The notes under the pieces are model-generated. The model was not told where the DNA came from and did not search any database. It worked only from the letters and a program-made list of their open reading frames with translations. From IMG/VR virus record IMGVR_UViG_3300029544_000001: DNA of 51,285 bases; one strand, 5' to 3'. The DNA comes from a virus (Duplodnaviria > Heunggongvirae > Uroviricota > Caudoviricetes). Positions 28,710-38,585 of the stretch are shown here, piece after piece. The number at the start of each line of letters is the position of its first letter. The stretch's first letter is position 1. Made by a program: the position numbers and the translations under genes.

Positions 28710-31028
28710 ATGTGGACATTAAGACAAGTTTACGCAAAAAACCTATGTGCCTTTAAGCAATTGGATTATACATTGTTGCAAAAACATACAACGCTGATTT
28801 TTGGCAACAATATGGATAATGATTCGCAAGGTTCAAATGGTTCCGGAAAATCTGCTATGTTAGAAGCAATCGCCATTGGGATAACCGGAGAAACTCTTCG
28901 TAGAATAAAAATGGATGAGATAATCAATGATGCAGAAGATGAAGCGACTGTTTCTCTTTTGTTTCAGAATAATACTACAGGACAGTATTTATCTATTAAA
29001 CGTGTTATCTCCCGTAAAACAGCACAGATAATCAAAGTTTCTATATATGATGATGAAACTGATTGTAACATAAAACATATAGAACAAGCCGGAGTTGCAG
29101 ATTACAATAAATTTATACTTGAAACACTGGGGCTGACTAAAGATGATGTTTTCTCAAACTTCATTCTTTCTAAGCACAAATATTCGTCATTTCTCTCCAG
29201 TTCTGATCGCGAGAAAAAAGAAATCATTAATCGTTTCAGTAATGGTGTAATGGTGGATGAATCTATCGCTGCATTACAAAAGGATATGATACCGATTCAA
29301 GAATCATTAAAACAAGCAGAATTGAATGTAGCGAATCATACCGGACGTGTTGAAACATTACAAGAGCAAATCAACACAGCTATTACAGAATCAACAGAGC
29401 GTTCACAAAAGAAAGCTGAACGTATAGCAAACTGGAATGAAGCTATTGCCGGGAAAAGAGCTTATATCCGTGAGCAAAATGCTCTCATAAATAAAAGTGA
29501 CGAGTTATTGGAACAATATGATAAAACAGATGAAGTATTGCAAAAACTGGAAAACAGTAAAAAAGATACCGGTGCATGTTTTGAAATTATTTCAGAACGT
29601 TTTACTTCATGCGCTTTGTCATTACCTAAGGATTTTGCAGCTATATCAATTAAAAATCAGAAAGAATTGAAGGTTGTTACAGCAGAATATTCTAATGTAC
29701 AACAACAGCTGATTCAGCATGAGAAAAAGATTGCAACAGCCAAATCCTCTTATGAGAAGCTGTTAAAACAACATGAGAAGTTTCAAGAAAACTTCAAAAA
29801 GAAATCCACCAAAATTGAGAATCAAATAAATGAATTGTTGGATTCTATTAAAAAGTTGGATGCCGAGAATAGTAATCTTAGATCACAAAGGACTAAGTTG
29901 GAAGCAGATATAGCCAGCCTCCAAAAACAACTTGCCGGAATTATCGTTTGTCCTAAATGTCAACATGAATTCACATTGGCTAATGATATAGATATAAACG
30001 AGGTTAAACTAAGATTGCAAGACCGAAATGGAGAGACACAAGACATTCTCCAAAATATTGAGGCTAATGAAAAACGCATTTCAGATATTACAACAAAAGG
30101 ACGCGAAGCTCGTAAAGAACAGGATGAATTGAATCGTAGTAAAATAGAATGGTCGAATAAGATTACCGAGACTTGTACAGCATTGGATGAATTATCACGT
30201 AATACGTCTTATTTAACCAATAAAATGCAAACTCTCCAGCATCAAATGAATACCCTTCAGAAATCCATTGATGATGCGCGTACTAATTTATTTGATGATT
30301 CTTATGCAATATTAGATGAAGCTATTAGAAAGCAAGAATACGAAGCAAAGCAGGCCGAGTTGAATATTAACAATGCTAATGGAGCTATTCAGTCATACGA
30401 AGAATCTATTCGTGACATCGAAAACTCTTCCGAAACTGACATGATAGAATCTCTCAAAGCCAACAAGAAAAAATATGAGAAAGAATTGGTATTAGCCATT
30501 TCTGAAAAAGAAACTATTGAACGAAAATTAAATTCATATAAAGAGCAAGAAGCAACCTTTATTGAATTTAAAACCCATCTGGCTAATACTAAAATTGATG
30601 CTCTTAGTCACATAACTAACGAGTTTCTGGAAGCCATTGGTAGTGACATTCGTATTGCATTTTCCGGTTTTACAGTCTTAAAAAGCGGAAAAATCAGAGA
30701 TAAGATTTCCATTTCTCTTATTCGCGATGGTGTAGATTGTGGCTCTTTTGATAAATTTTCAGAAGGTGAAAAAGCAAGAGTTAATCTAGCTAATATTTTG
30801 GCAATGCACAAACTTACCAATGTAAATTGCGATGACGATAAAGGACTAGATCTCCTGATACTTGATGAAATATTAGAAGCCACTGACGAACAAGGGCTTT
30901 CCAACATTTTTGATGCCCTCAATCAATTACAGATTACATCTTTGGTAGTCAGTCATGGAAATATAGCTGAAGGCTACCCATACAAGACTGTAGTCAATAA
31001 ACTTAATGGCGTTTCATACATAGAATGA
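28710..31028 (+). CDS. SbcC/Rad50-like ATPase
   Basis: GSNGSGKS Walker A, coiled coil with CPKC zinc hook, FSEGEK signature, LLILDE Walker B. Confidence 0.92.
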   Translation: MWTLRQVYAKNLCAFKQLDYTLLQKHTTLIFGNNMDNDSQGSNGSGKSAMLEAIAIGITGETLRRIKMDEIINDAEDEATVSLLFQNNTTGQYLSIKRVISRKTAQIIKVSIYDDETDCNIKHIEQAGVADYNKFILETLGLTKDDVFSNFILSKHKYSSFLSSSDREKKEIINRFSNGVMVDESIAALQKDMIPIQESLKQAELNVANHTGRVETLQEQINTAITESTERSQKKAERIANWNEAIAGKRAYIREQNALINKSDELLEQYDKTDEVLQKLENSKKDTGACFEIISERFTSCALSLPKDFAAISIKNQKELKVVTAEYSNVQQQLIQHEKKIATAKSSYEKLLKQHEKFQENFKKKSTKIENQINELLDSIKKLDAENSNLRSQRTKLEADIASLQKQLAGIIVCPKCQHEFTLANDIDINEVKLRLQDRNGETQDILQNIEANEKRISDITTKGREARKEQDELNRSKIEWSNKITETCTALDELSRNTSYLTNKMQTLQHQMNTLQKSIDDARTNLFDDSYAILDEAIRKQEYEAKQAELNINNANGAIQSYEESIRDIENSSETDMIESLKANKKKYEKELVLAISEKETIERKLNSYKEQEATFIEFKTHLANTKIDALSHITNEFLEAIGSDIRIAFSGFTVLKSGKIRDKISISLIRDGVDCGSFDKFSEGEKARVNLANILAMHKLTNVNCDDDKGLDLLILDEILEATDEQGLSNIFDALNQLQITSLVVSHGNIAEGYPYKTVVNKLNGVSYIE

Positions 31029-31525
31029 TTAACGAATCAAAAAACATTAAAAATGAGTCAATAAATCAAATTACACGTGATAATGTGCTTGCATTAGATA
31101 TAGCAGAGCACTGTGGATATTACTCAACCCATGAATCAGGAACATGGAATTTTACCCAAAGAAAAGGCAAAAATGCGACCGAGCAACATAAAATGTTTTA
31201 TGACACACTGGTTGAATTTATCCAAAAATACAACATCAAATTGATTATCGCCGAAGATGTATGCGTTTCAAAGCATTTCATTGCAGCGCGAAAACTATCC
31301 GAATTTAGAGGCATATTATATCTGATATGCGCCCAGCTTGGACTCCCGGAACCAAAATTCATAAACGTTAGCACAGTAAAAAAATGGGCTACCGGTGACG
31401 GAAAAGCTGACAAAAAGAAGATGATTGAATATTGCATCAAACGATGGAATATTACACCAGTCGATGACAACATGGCTGATGCAACCCACATCTTCAAATA
31501 TTATGTAAGAATATACAAACTTTAG
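31025..31525 (+). CDS. RuvC-like Holliday junction resolvase
   Basis: VLALD, IIAED, VKKWATGDGKADKKKM and DDNMADA. Confidence 0.85.
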   Translation: MINESKNIKNESINQITRDNVLALDIAEHCGYYSTHESGTWNFTQRKGKNATEQHKMFYDTLVEFIQKYNIKLIIAEDVCVSKHFIAARKLSEFRGILYLICAQLGLPEPKFINVSTVKKWATGDGKADKKKMIEYCIKRWNITPVDDNMADATHIFKYYVRIYKL

Positions 31526-31532
31526 ACAGAAA

Positions 31533-31805
31533 ATGAGTTACGCAAGAAACATAAGGCGTAGGCAACAAAGAGAAGGCCAGCCCCATTTAATGATGCTAGG
31601 AAGCTTGCTAGGAGATTTTTACGAATTCCTTAGTAAACAACCCCAGCCAACAGACAACGAGGTAAGAAGTAATTTTATCTCTAGTAATAATAAGTGGAAG
31701 AAGTATTGTAAAGTCCACAAATTGATGAACTCGGATCACTTGTTTGTGCTCAATGTTCAAGAGGCGTGGAAGAGACATACTCAGCAGTTACCACAGAACC
31801 CATAA
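31533..31805 (+). CDS. Hypothetical protein
   Basis: 90-aa ORF in the operon with an AT-rich leader. Confidence 0.6.
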   Translation: MSYARNIRRRQQREGQPHLMMLGSLLGDFYEFLSKQPQPTDNEVRSNFISSNNKWKKYCKVHKLMNSDHLFVLNVQEAWKRHTQQLPQNP

Positions 31806-32410
31806 TAATAAGTGATGAAGTAGCTGCACGGCGAAAAGCCCTATTTGATAAATACGTAACACCGTACAACCGAATGATATACAAGTTATGTATGCGCTAT
31901 ACTTTTAATCCTTCTGATATAGAAGACAATTACATAGAAGTGCTTACCAACATGTATAAATATATCGAGACATATAATCCAGAGCGTTCTGTACAAACAT
32001 GGCTCCATATTGTAACCAAACGATGTGTTTTTGATTTGGATCAACGTAAAAAAAGGCATCAAGACATGTTGAGTGATGATAACGATGTGGAAACATTTTC
32101 TTCCAGTGAATCTATTGTAGATTTTGACGAAGTAAGCTCTAACGTAATGGGTATTGACAATTATCAAGAGTTATACAGCGATGATGTTTTAGCTGCATTA
32201 AAACAGTTGAAACCACAATACAGAAGCGCACTTTTGTATCAACAAGCAGGATATAAACTCAAAGAAATTGCCGAAATCGAATATCGGAACGGTGCCTTAG
32301 AATCTCGCAATATCGAAACTGTCAAAAGTCGATTATTCTTGGCGCGTCAACAACTTCAACAACTATTGACTCGTGATGGAAAAAGAAGAACGACTGACGA
32401 AACAGATTAA
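31766..32410 (+). CDS. ECF-type RNA polymerase sigma factor
   Basis: Region 2 (DIEDNYIEV...SVQTWLHIVTKRCVFD) and region 4 (LKQLKPQYRSAL...GYKLKEIAEI...TVKSRLFLARQQL). Confidence 0.9.
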   Translation: MEETYSAVTTEPIIISDEVAARRKALFDKYVTPYNRMIYKLCMRYTFNPSDIEDNYIEVLTNMYKYIETYNPERSVQTWLHIVTKRCVFDLDQRKKRHQDMLSDDNDVETFSSSESIVDFDEVSSNVMGIDNYQELYSDDVLAALKQLKPQYRSALLYQQAGYKLKEIAEIEYRNGALESRNIETVKSRLFLARQQLQQLLTRDGKRRTTDETD

Positions 32411-32981
32411 GACAGTATATACAGAAATAGCCAAGCGTTTGGTAGACCCCTCCTTCTCATTCCCAGAGGGAGGGCAAGCCAAACGCCAACTATCCAAATT
32501 TATTGTCAACTTTACTCAAATTTGTGGTGGAGAATTTAATACTTCACGACTTGTAGACTATTGTGTATTCCAGCTTCATAAAAACAGGAATGCCCAATAT
32601 CAACGTACATTAGCTCCAAAAACATTTGGGACTACCGCTCTTCAAAAATATCTATCAATGTCTTCCAAATCCAAGCAATATCTGGAAGACCAATGGTTAT
32701 CTGAAGCCAATCTAACCAGAGCCTATCTAAATTCACTAATCTGTAAAAAAGAGCATCCTCAGTCTAAGTATATTTATATGCCATCTGAAGAATGCACTAA
32801 GAAACGGAGTATCAACACAGATATTGGGTTTCTAATATGCTCTACATCCACATTGATGTGGAGTCCATTCTCTCCAGCATGTCAAATATGCACAAATGTT
32901 GAGAAATGCAAGCAAGAAACCGCGATAAAATATCCAGAGTTATACCGAATAAGACTCGAAGAATATGGCGAAAGAAGATAA
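32373..32981 (+). CDS. Hypothetical protein (C-terminal Cys cluster)
   Basis: 202-aa ORF between sigma and helicase; CQICTNVEKC. Confidence 0.65.
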   Translation: MMEKEERLTKQIKTVYTEIAKRLVDPSFSFPEGGQAKRQLSKFIVNFTQICGGEFNTSRLVDYCVFQLHKNRNAQYQRTLAPKTFGTTALQKYLSMSSKSKQYLEDQWLSEANLTRAYLNSLICKKEHPQSKYIYMPSEECTKKRSINTDIGFLICSTSTLMWSPFSPACQICTNVEKCKQETAIKYPELYRIRLEEYGERR

Positions 32982-34320
32982 CGTATTAACAGAAGATTTC
33001 TTATTTGAATTATATTACGCTTGTTTTACATACGACTATGTATGTAGCTTAGTGTGTGAATATATGCAGAAATCGTACCTGCCTGGTAGAGATTTTCAAG
33101 CATTGCAGGGGTATCTGTGCAAATACTTCGCAGAACACAAATCATCCCCTACCCTTAATATTATCAGCCAGATAGTTTCTGTCAACAGAGAGGTTTCAGC
33201 ACTTTTAGAAGATATAAAAGACTGCGCCGAAGGAGTTGAGCCGGAAATTATATTGGAACAGTTTGAAAATTATCTAAGACAAGTAAAATTTCAAAAGACT
33301 TACAAAGAGATAGGTGAACTTTATGCAAAACAGGATCGTGACAAAGCAATGAAGTTGCTCCAATCATTTGCAGAATGGCAAAATGATTTCAGCTTGCGTC
33401 AAAACTCTTTTGTTGATGTAGTCGAAACCTTTGAATCCCGTTTTAGGCGTAATAGAGAAAAACACAATCAAGAGTCAAGATTTAAACCAATCACCAGATT
33501 TTATATTGATGGTCTGGATGAAATGAACGGTGGACGAGATTTACGTACTCAATTAACATGCCTCTTAGCCCCTACTGGTGTTGGGAAAAGTCATGCCGCA
33601 CGTTGGATTGGAAAATGCGCCTCTCAAATAGACGGATTAAACGTACTTCATTTCCAGTTAGAAGGTTCTGAAGATGAAGTTGTGGATGCTTATGCCGCGT
33701 CACTAGTTTCCTGTAATTCTTATCGTTATAGTACTGGTACACTAAAAGACCGGGAATTAGAACGAATGATACAAGAAATCAAAGCAATGTCTGGCACCCT
33801 AAAGGTCAAATCCTTTCCAAAGTTCGCTAATCAAGTGTCTACCATTGATATAAAAAATGGTATTGCTGAATACAAAAAAATCTATGGCATATCTCCAGAT
33901 GTTGTTATCATAGATTCTATGGATTTGTTAACAGATTCCAGCGGACGTAGATGGTCAGAAAATGGAGAACGTCACAAACGAGTTGCTGTAGCTAATGATT
34001 TAAAGGACTTGGCAGGTGACGAAAATGTCTGGATGGTTGTGACTTATCAGGCAACTATAGAAAATAGAGAGTGGCTTAACGATGAACAAAATGTATTGAC
34101 TGAATATAATTGTTCAGAAGCCAAAGGTTTGAGCAGACCAATGACTCATCTTATTACTCTTAATCAAAGCATCAATGAAATGCGCGAAAATGTCATGCGC
34201 CTAAATGTTGCAAAATCACGATTTTTCAAAAAAGGAGACCCATTTAAAATTGCTACTGATTATGATAACGAATGTTTTTATGACAGAGCAAGAACATTAA
34301 ATATCAGCAAAGTTGCGTAA
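32965..34320 (+). CDS. Replicative DnaB-family helicase
   Basis: APTGVGKS Walker A, FQLEGS, VVIIDSMDLL, VTYQ and VAKSR. Confidence 0.9.
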   Translation: MAKEDNVLTEDFLFELYYACFTYDYVCSLVCEYMQKSYLPGRDFQALQGYLCKYFAEHKSSPTLNIISQIVSVNREVSALLEDIKDCAEGVEPEIILEQFENYLRQVKFQKTYKEIGELYAKQDRDKAMKLLQSFAEWQNDFSLRQNSFVDVVETFESRFRRNREKHNQESRFKPITRFYIDGLDEMNGGRDLRTQLTCLLAPTGVGKSHAARWIGKCASQIDGLNVLHFQLEGSEDEVVDAYAASLVSCNSYRYSTGTLKDRELERMIQEIKAMSGTLKVKSFPKFANQVSTIDIKNGIAEYKKIYGISPDVVIIDSMDLLTDSSGRRWSENGERHKRVAVANDLKDLAGDENVWMVVTYQATIENREWLNDEQNVLTEYNCSEAKGLSRPMTHLITLNQSINEMRENVMRLNVAKSRFFKKGDPFKIATDYDNECFYDRARTLNISKVA

Positions 34321-35359
34321 TATGGAATTGAGTAAAGAAGAAAAAGAGTATATAATCCAAGAACTTTCTATTGAACTACATGCAAAACCGGATGGTAGCG
34401 GAAAGAACTTGATTGTCCCCCAGTGCCCCTATTGTGGGCATGAAGGAGGGAAATACGGTATATATATAGGTAAAGCAACCGAAAGGAAAAAGCTTTTTAT
34501 GGCACACTGCTTTTCGTGTGGACGTTCAACCCAGACATTAGAACAATTGCTAACAGATATAGGCCGTCAGGACTTAATTATAACAGATACTTTTGATCTG
34601 GATGGAGATAAAAAAATTAATGATTTCTCTTTTCTGGAAAACGATGACAGGGAAATAGATGACTCTCTGTGTGTTGTGGAAATGCCTGAATATTATAAGC
34701 GCACTCATTTTAATCGGTATTTAAGAAAACGTGGATTTACTGAAGAAGATTACGATTTCTTTCCTGTTGGCACTACACGTAACATGAACTTCAAATTTGA
34801 TGATTATGTAATATTTCCGATTATAGACAACAGAGATATTGTTGGGTATATTTCCCGGCATATTTGGGATAAAGCTGATATTGATGAATATAACCGTAAA
34901 GCAAGTCATAATGGAAAATTCCAAATTATGCGTTATAGGAATAGCACTGAAAACGATTTTGTCAAATTATTATACAACTATGATAGTATAATTGAAGACG
35001 AAACAGATACCGTAATTCTTGTAGAAGGAGTGTTTGATGTCATTGCACTTACGCGAAAATTAAACCTGTACAATAACCCATCTGTGGCTGTTGTTGCTAC
35101 GTTCGGGAAGAAAATCTCTGATACACAAATTTATAAGTTACAGGCAAAAGGGGTTCATACAATAGTCATTGGATATGATGGAGACGCTACAGAAGCTATA
35201 AAAAAGACAGGTGATCAACTAAATGAATATTTTGATTGCTATGTTGCCGATATAGAAGATTCCAGCCAAGATTTCGACAGCATGGACTTTTGGGAGATAT
35301 ATGACACATTCGCTTTCAGACTGAAAACTTTAACCGAATATAAATTAAACAAAATTTAA
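34313..35359 (+). CDS. DnaG-type primase
   Basis: N-terminal CPYC...HCFSC zinc finger and TOPRIM (LVEGVFD...GYDGD). Confidence 0.9.
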   Translation: MRNMELSKEEKEYIIQELSIELHAKPDGSGKNLIVPQCPYCGHEGGKYGIYIGKATERKKLFMAHCFSCGRSTQTLEQLLTDIGRQDLIITDTFDLDGDKKINDFSFLENDDREIDDSLCVVEMPEYYKRTHFNRYLRKRGFTEEDYDFFPVGTTRNMNFKFDDYVIFPIIDNRDIVGYISRHIWDKADIDEYNRKASHNGKFQIMRYRNSTENDFVKLLYNYDSIIEDETDTVILVEGVFDVIALTRKLNLYNNPSVAVVATFGKKISDTQIYKLQAKGVHTIVIGYDGDATEAIKKTGDQLNEYFDCYVADIEDSSQDFDSMDFWEIYDTFAFRLKTLTEYKLNKI

Positions 35360-35361
35360 AT

Positions 35362-37071
35362 ATGAATCCTGATTTATTAAATTGGCTAGATAATAACAAG
35401 ATGTGTTTCAATATCATAGACGAAGATGTTATTGAAATCACGGGCTTTGGTAAAATGTACTATGAAGATACCAGTATGATTAAGTCCATCTTCCGTACTG
35501 ATGCTGACAACAACATCAAGTTCAATACAATGGAAAACATTCAAACATTACAAGAAGAAGGCATTAATTATATAGTATTTCAATTTGGAGACAACTGGTA
35601 TTATTATGACACAAGAAAAGACTTTGAATTTCAAATTTTAAAGTATGTAGGCGATAGGAAGCCATTAAACCATGCCCAAGAATTTGTAAACTTAGGCATA
35701 CATACCCCTTTTGAATTGCTCAATGGAAGTTTCTCGCTAACAGATTGGATAAAAAAAGCCAAATACTTAGGGCAATCCGCATTAGGTATTTGCGATTACA
35801 ATACAATGGCAGCAACCCTTATTCTTCAAAAAGAATGTGAAGCTGCTGGCATTCAATGGGTGTTTGGATATTCACTTACATTCACTGATGGTATCGAAAA
35901 GATAGATGCCAAAATATACTGTCAGTCACAAGAAGGACTTCAAAATTTGCTTAGAATTCAAAAATGTATTAATGTAGATTCTGAAAATAAAATCATTGAT
36001 TTACAAGATCTTCTAAAACATGGAACCGGTAATATAATTGTATTTAGCAAATACGCGTCATTTTGGTTGAAAGAAATAGGAAATAATCTTGACCGTTTTT
36101 TCGATAGTTTTGACGATTGCTTTTATCAATTAGATTTATCGGAATTCAAAGCTGAACGTATTGATATTAAAGTACTAGATGCCACAAAATGTTACTTTGA
36201 CTACATTTATGATACAGGCGATCTTCCTCCAGTATTAATTTGTGACTGCTATTATTTGGACAAAGATGATGCAAAAAACAAAATCATCCTTAACAAAATT
36301 GCTGAAGGGGCAGCACATGAACAAAGTGATGACCAATATTTTAAGGACTTGGACGAACATTGGACTACTATCTCTGGCTTGTTTGATGAACACAAATGGG
36401 ACATAGAGGATATATTCAATTGGGCGTGTGAAAATACAGTCAAAATTGCTGAAGGGGCAAAAGCTAGATATGAAATTGAACGCAACTTTATGCCTCAATA
36501 TGACATGGCTGACAATGAAAAATCAAAGTACGCCAACCGACATGAAATGTTTTTGGATTTGCTGGAAGATGGGTTCAACAAACTGGTCCCCAAAGGTAAA
36601 GAAGATATATATCGCAAACAATTAGATTATGAGATTTATGTATTGGAATCAACCAACAACGTAGATTACATGCTCGTACAATATGATACTGTTAATTGGG
36701 CACGTAAAAATGGAATATTAGTGGGATGCGGACGTGGTTCTGCTGGAGGATGTCTAGTTCTATACCTATTGGGAATAACACTTATAGATCCAATAAAATA
36801 CGATTTGCTATTTGAACGCTTCCTTCTCCCAGAACGTGCCGGACTATACCCTTCAGATGTCACCATTATTGGAGATGACGTAGATTCCAATCAATACATC
36901 GAAGTAACATTAGAAAATCATAAAACTTATAAAATAGACAAAGACGCACAGTTACTTGTGAAACGTGCAGGAATGGATGATCCTATTGTAGTATATGCAG
37001 ATGAACTGCAAACTGACGATGATATTCAATTTGATAATCGAGATCTTTTATTTACTCTAAACGAAATTTGA
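35362..37071 (+). CDS. dnaE: DNA polymerase III alpha, N-terminal half (PHP + palm start) with Hint-like C-terminal tail
   Basis: IHTPFELLNG, GCGRGSAGGCLVLYLLGIT and LLFERFLLPER, followed by ~77 non-DnaE residues. Confidence 0.92.
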   Translation: MNPDLLNWLDNNKMCFNIIDEDVIEITGFGKMYYEDTSMIKSIFRTDADNNIKFNTMENIQTLQEEGINYIVFQFGDNWYYYDTRKDFEFQILKYVGDRKPLNHAQEFVNLGIHTPFELLNGSFSLTDWIKKAKYLGQSALGICDYNTMAATLILQKECEAAGIQWVFGYSLTFTDGIEKIDAKIYCQSQEGLQNLLRIQKCINVDSENKIIDLQDLLKHGTGNIIVFSKYASFWLKEIGNNLDRFFDSFDDCFYQLDLSEFKAERIDIKVLDATKCYFDYIYDTGDLPPVLICDCYYLDKDDAKNKIILNKIAEGAAHEQSDDQYFKDLDEHWTTISGLFDEHKWDIEDIFNWACENTVKIAEGAKARYEIERNFMPQYDMADNEKSKYANRHEMFLDLLEDGFNKLVPKGKEDIYRKQLDYEIYVLESTNNVDYMLVQYDTVNWARKNGILVGCGRGSAGGCLVLYLLGITLIDPIKYDLLFERFLLPERAGLYPSDVTIIGDDVDSNQYIEVTLENHKTYKIDKDAQLLVKRAGMDDPIVVYADELQTDDDIQFDNRDLLFTLNEI

Positions 37072-37073
37072 TT

Positions 37074-37271
37074 ATGATTCCAATTTTAAGAAAAGTGGGA
37101 TGGGATTTAAATCCCAATGACAAGGTAGTTAATGCCATCCTCAAAAGATGTGAAGCCAATAATGGCGAGTGTCCATGCCACAATGACTCCAAAGACAAAC
37201 GATGTCCGTGCAGCTCGTATAGAGAACATGATGTTTGTCATTGCAATTTATATGTAAAAATCGAAAAATAA
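37074..37271 (+). CDS. Ferredoxin-thioredoxin reductase catalytic-subunit-like protein
   Basis: LNPNDKVV...GECPC...RCPC...VCHCNLYV carries the CPC/CPC/CHC motif set. Confidence 0.8.
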   Translation: MIPILRKVGWDLNPNDKVVNAILKRCEANNGECPCHNDSKDKRCPCSSYREHDVCHCNLYVKIEK

Positions 37272-37277
37272 AAAGGT

Positions 37278-38579
37278 ATGGAAGATATGATTTTGACAGA
37301 AGAGATGCAAAAAATAATGAATCTCATTCAGGATGATGAGAATAATGTATTCGTAACAGGTAAAGCCGGTTCTGGAAAGACTACATTTCTAAAATATCTA
37401 ATTGAAAAATCCGGGAAGAATTGCATTGTAGCTGCCCCAACAGGCATAGCAGCGATTAATGCAGGGGGCGTTACATTGCATAGTCTATTTGGCATTCCTT
37501 TTGGACCCATTACACCTTACGACCGACTGGAAAACAAATTTTCAGAATATAAGGTAGAACTATTGCTCAAAATGGAATTGCTGATTATTGATGAAATAAG
37601 CATGGTACGCCCAGATATTCTGGACACCATTGATCGCAAACTAAGGTGGGTTTACGAAAGCGATGAACCATTTGGCGGTGTACAAGTGGTAATGTTTGGC
37701 GATCTTTTTCAATTGCCTCCAGTAACAAAGAAACAAGAAAGAGAAATATTGTCTGACTTTTATGATGGCTTTTTCTTTTTCAACGCCTTAGTTTTCAAAC
37801 GCACAGGTTTCCACATTGTAGAGCTAACAAAAATATTCAGGCAAACAGAACCTGAATTTATTAATGTACTCAACAATATTCGTAATTACCAGGTAACATC
37901 CGATGAACTGGATTTATTAAGCGAATTGAAAGACCGCAAAATCAGTAGCAGTTATGATAACGAATACATCCATATTTGTACACACAAAGCTGATGTTGAG
38001 AAAATTAATGCCGACAAATTAGGGGAACAAGAGATACAAAACTATGATATAGTTATCAAGGATAAGTTCCCAGAATCATCTATACCATGTGATTTACATT
38101 TAAAACTTCGAGTTGGGGCAAGAGTTATGTCATTGGTTAACGGCTCATTAAAGGGTTATTATAATGGTATGCTTGGAATTGTGACCGCATTAGAAGATAA
38201 CGTAATTACAGTACGTATGGATAATGGCCGGACTATCAAATTTGAGCGTTATACATGGAGTAATACGCAATATACTTTAAAAGATAATGAGATTGTAAAA
38301 GAAGAAATTGGTTCATGTACTCAATTCCCATTAACATTGGCATGGGCCATTACCATTCATAAAAGCCAAGGACTTACATTCGATAAAATTATCATTCATG
38401 TATCACATACTTTTTGTCCTGGACAACTATATGTAGCCCTTAGCCGATGTAGAACGCTGGAAGGCATCGTTTCAGATGCTTTTATCACCAAACAAATGAT
38501 TATTCCAGAATATGCTCTAATTGATTTTGAAAGGGCATACAAATCAGAAGGTAACTATTATGGTAAACGGTTAGATTAA
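37278..38579 (+). CDS. Pif1/RecD-like SF1B helicase
   Basis: TGKAGSGKT, IIDEISM, FGDLFQLPPV, QFPLTLAWAITIHKSQG and YVALSR. Confidence 0.93.
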   Translation: MEDMILTEEMQKIMNLIQDDENNVFVTGKAGSGKTTFLKYLIEKSGKNCIVAAPTGIAAINAGGVTLHSLFGIPFGPITPYDRLENKFSEYKVELLLKMELLIIDEISMVRPDILDTIDRKLRWVYESDEPFGGVQVVMFGDLFQLPPVTKKQEREILSDFYDGFFFFNALVFKRTGFHIVELTKIFRQTEPEFINVLNNIRNYQVTSDELDLLSELKDRKISSSYDNEYIHICTHKADVEKINADKLGEQEIQNYDIVIKDKFPESSIPCDLHLKLRVGARVMSLVNGSLKGYYNGMLGIVTALEDNVITVRMDNGRTIKFERYTWSNTQYTLKDNEIVKEEIGSCTQFPLTLAWAITIHKSQGLTFDKIIIHVSHTFCPGQLYVALSRCRTLEGIVSDAFITKQMIIPEYALIDFERAYKSEGNYYGKRLD

Positions 38580-38585
38580 TTAAAA

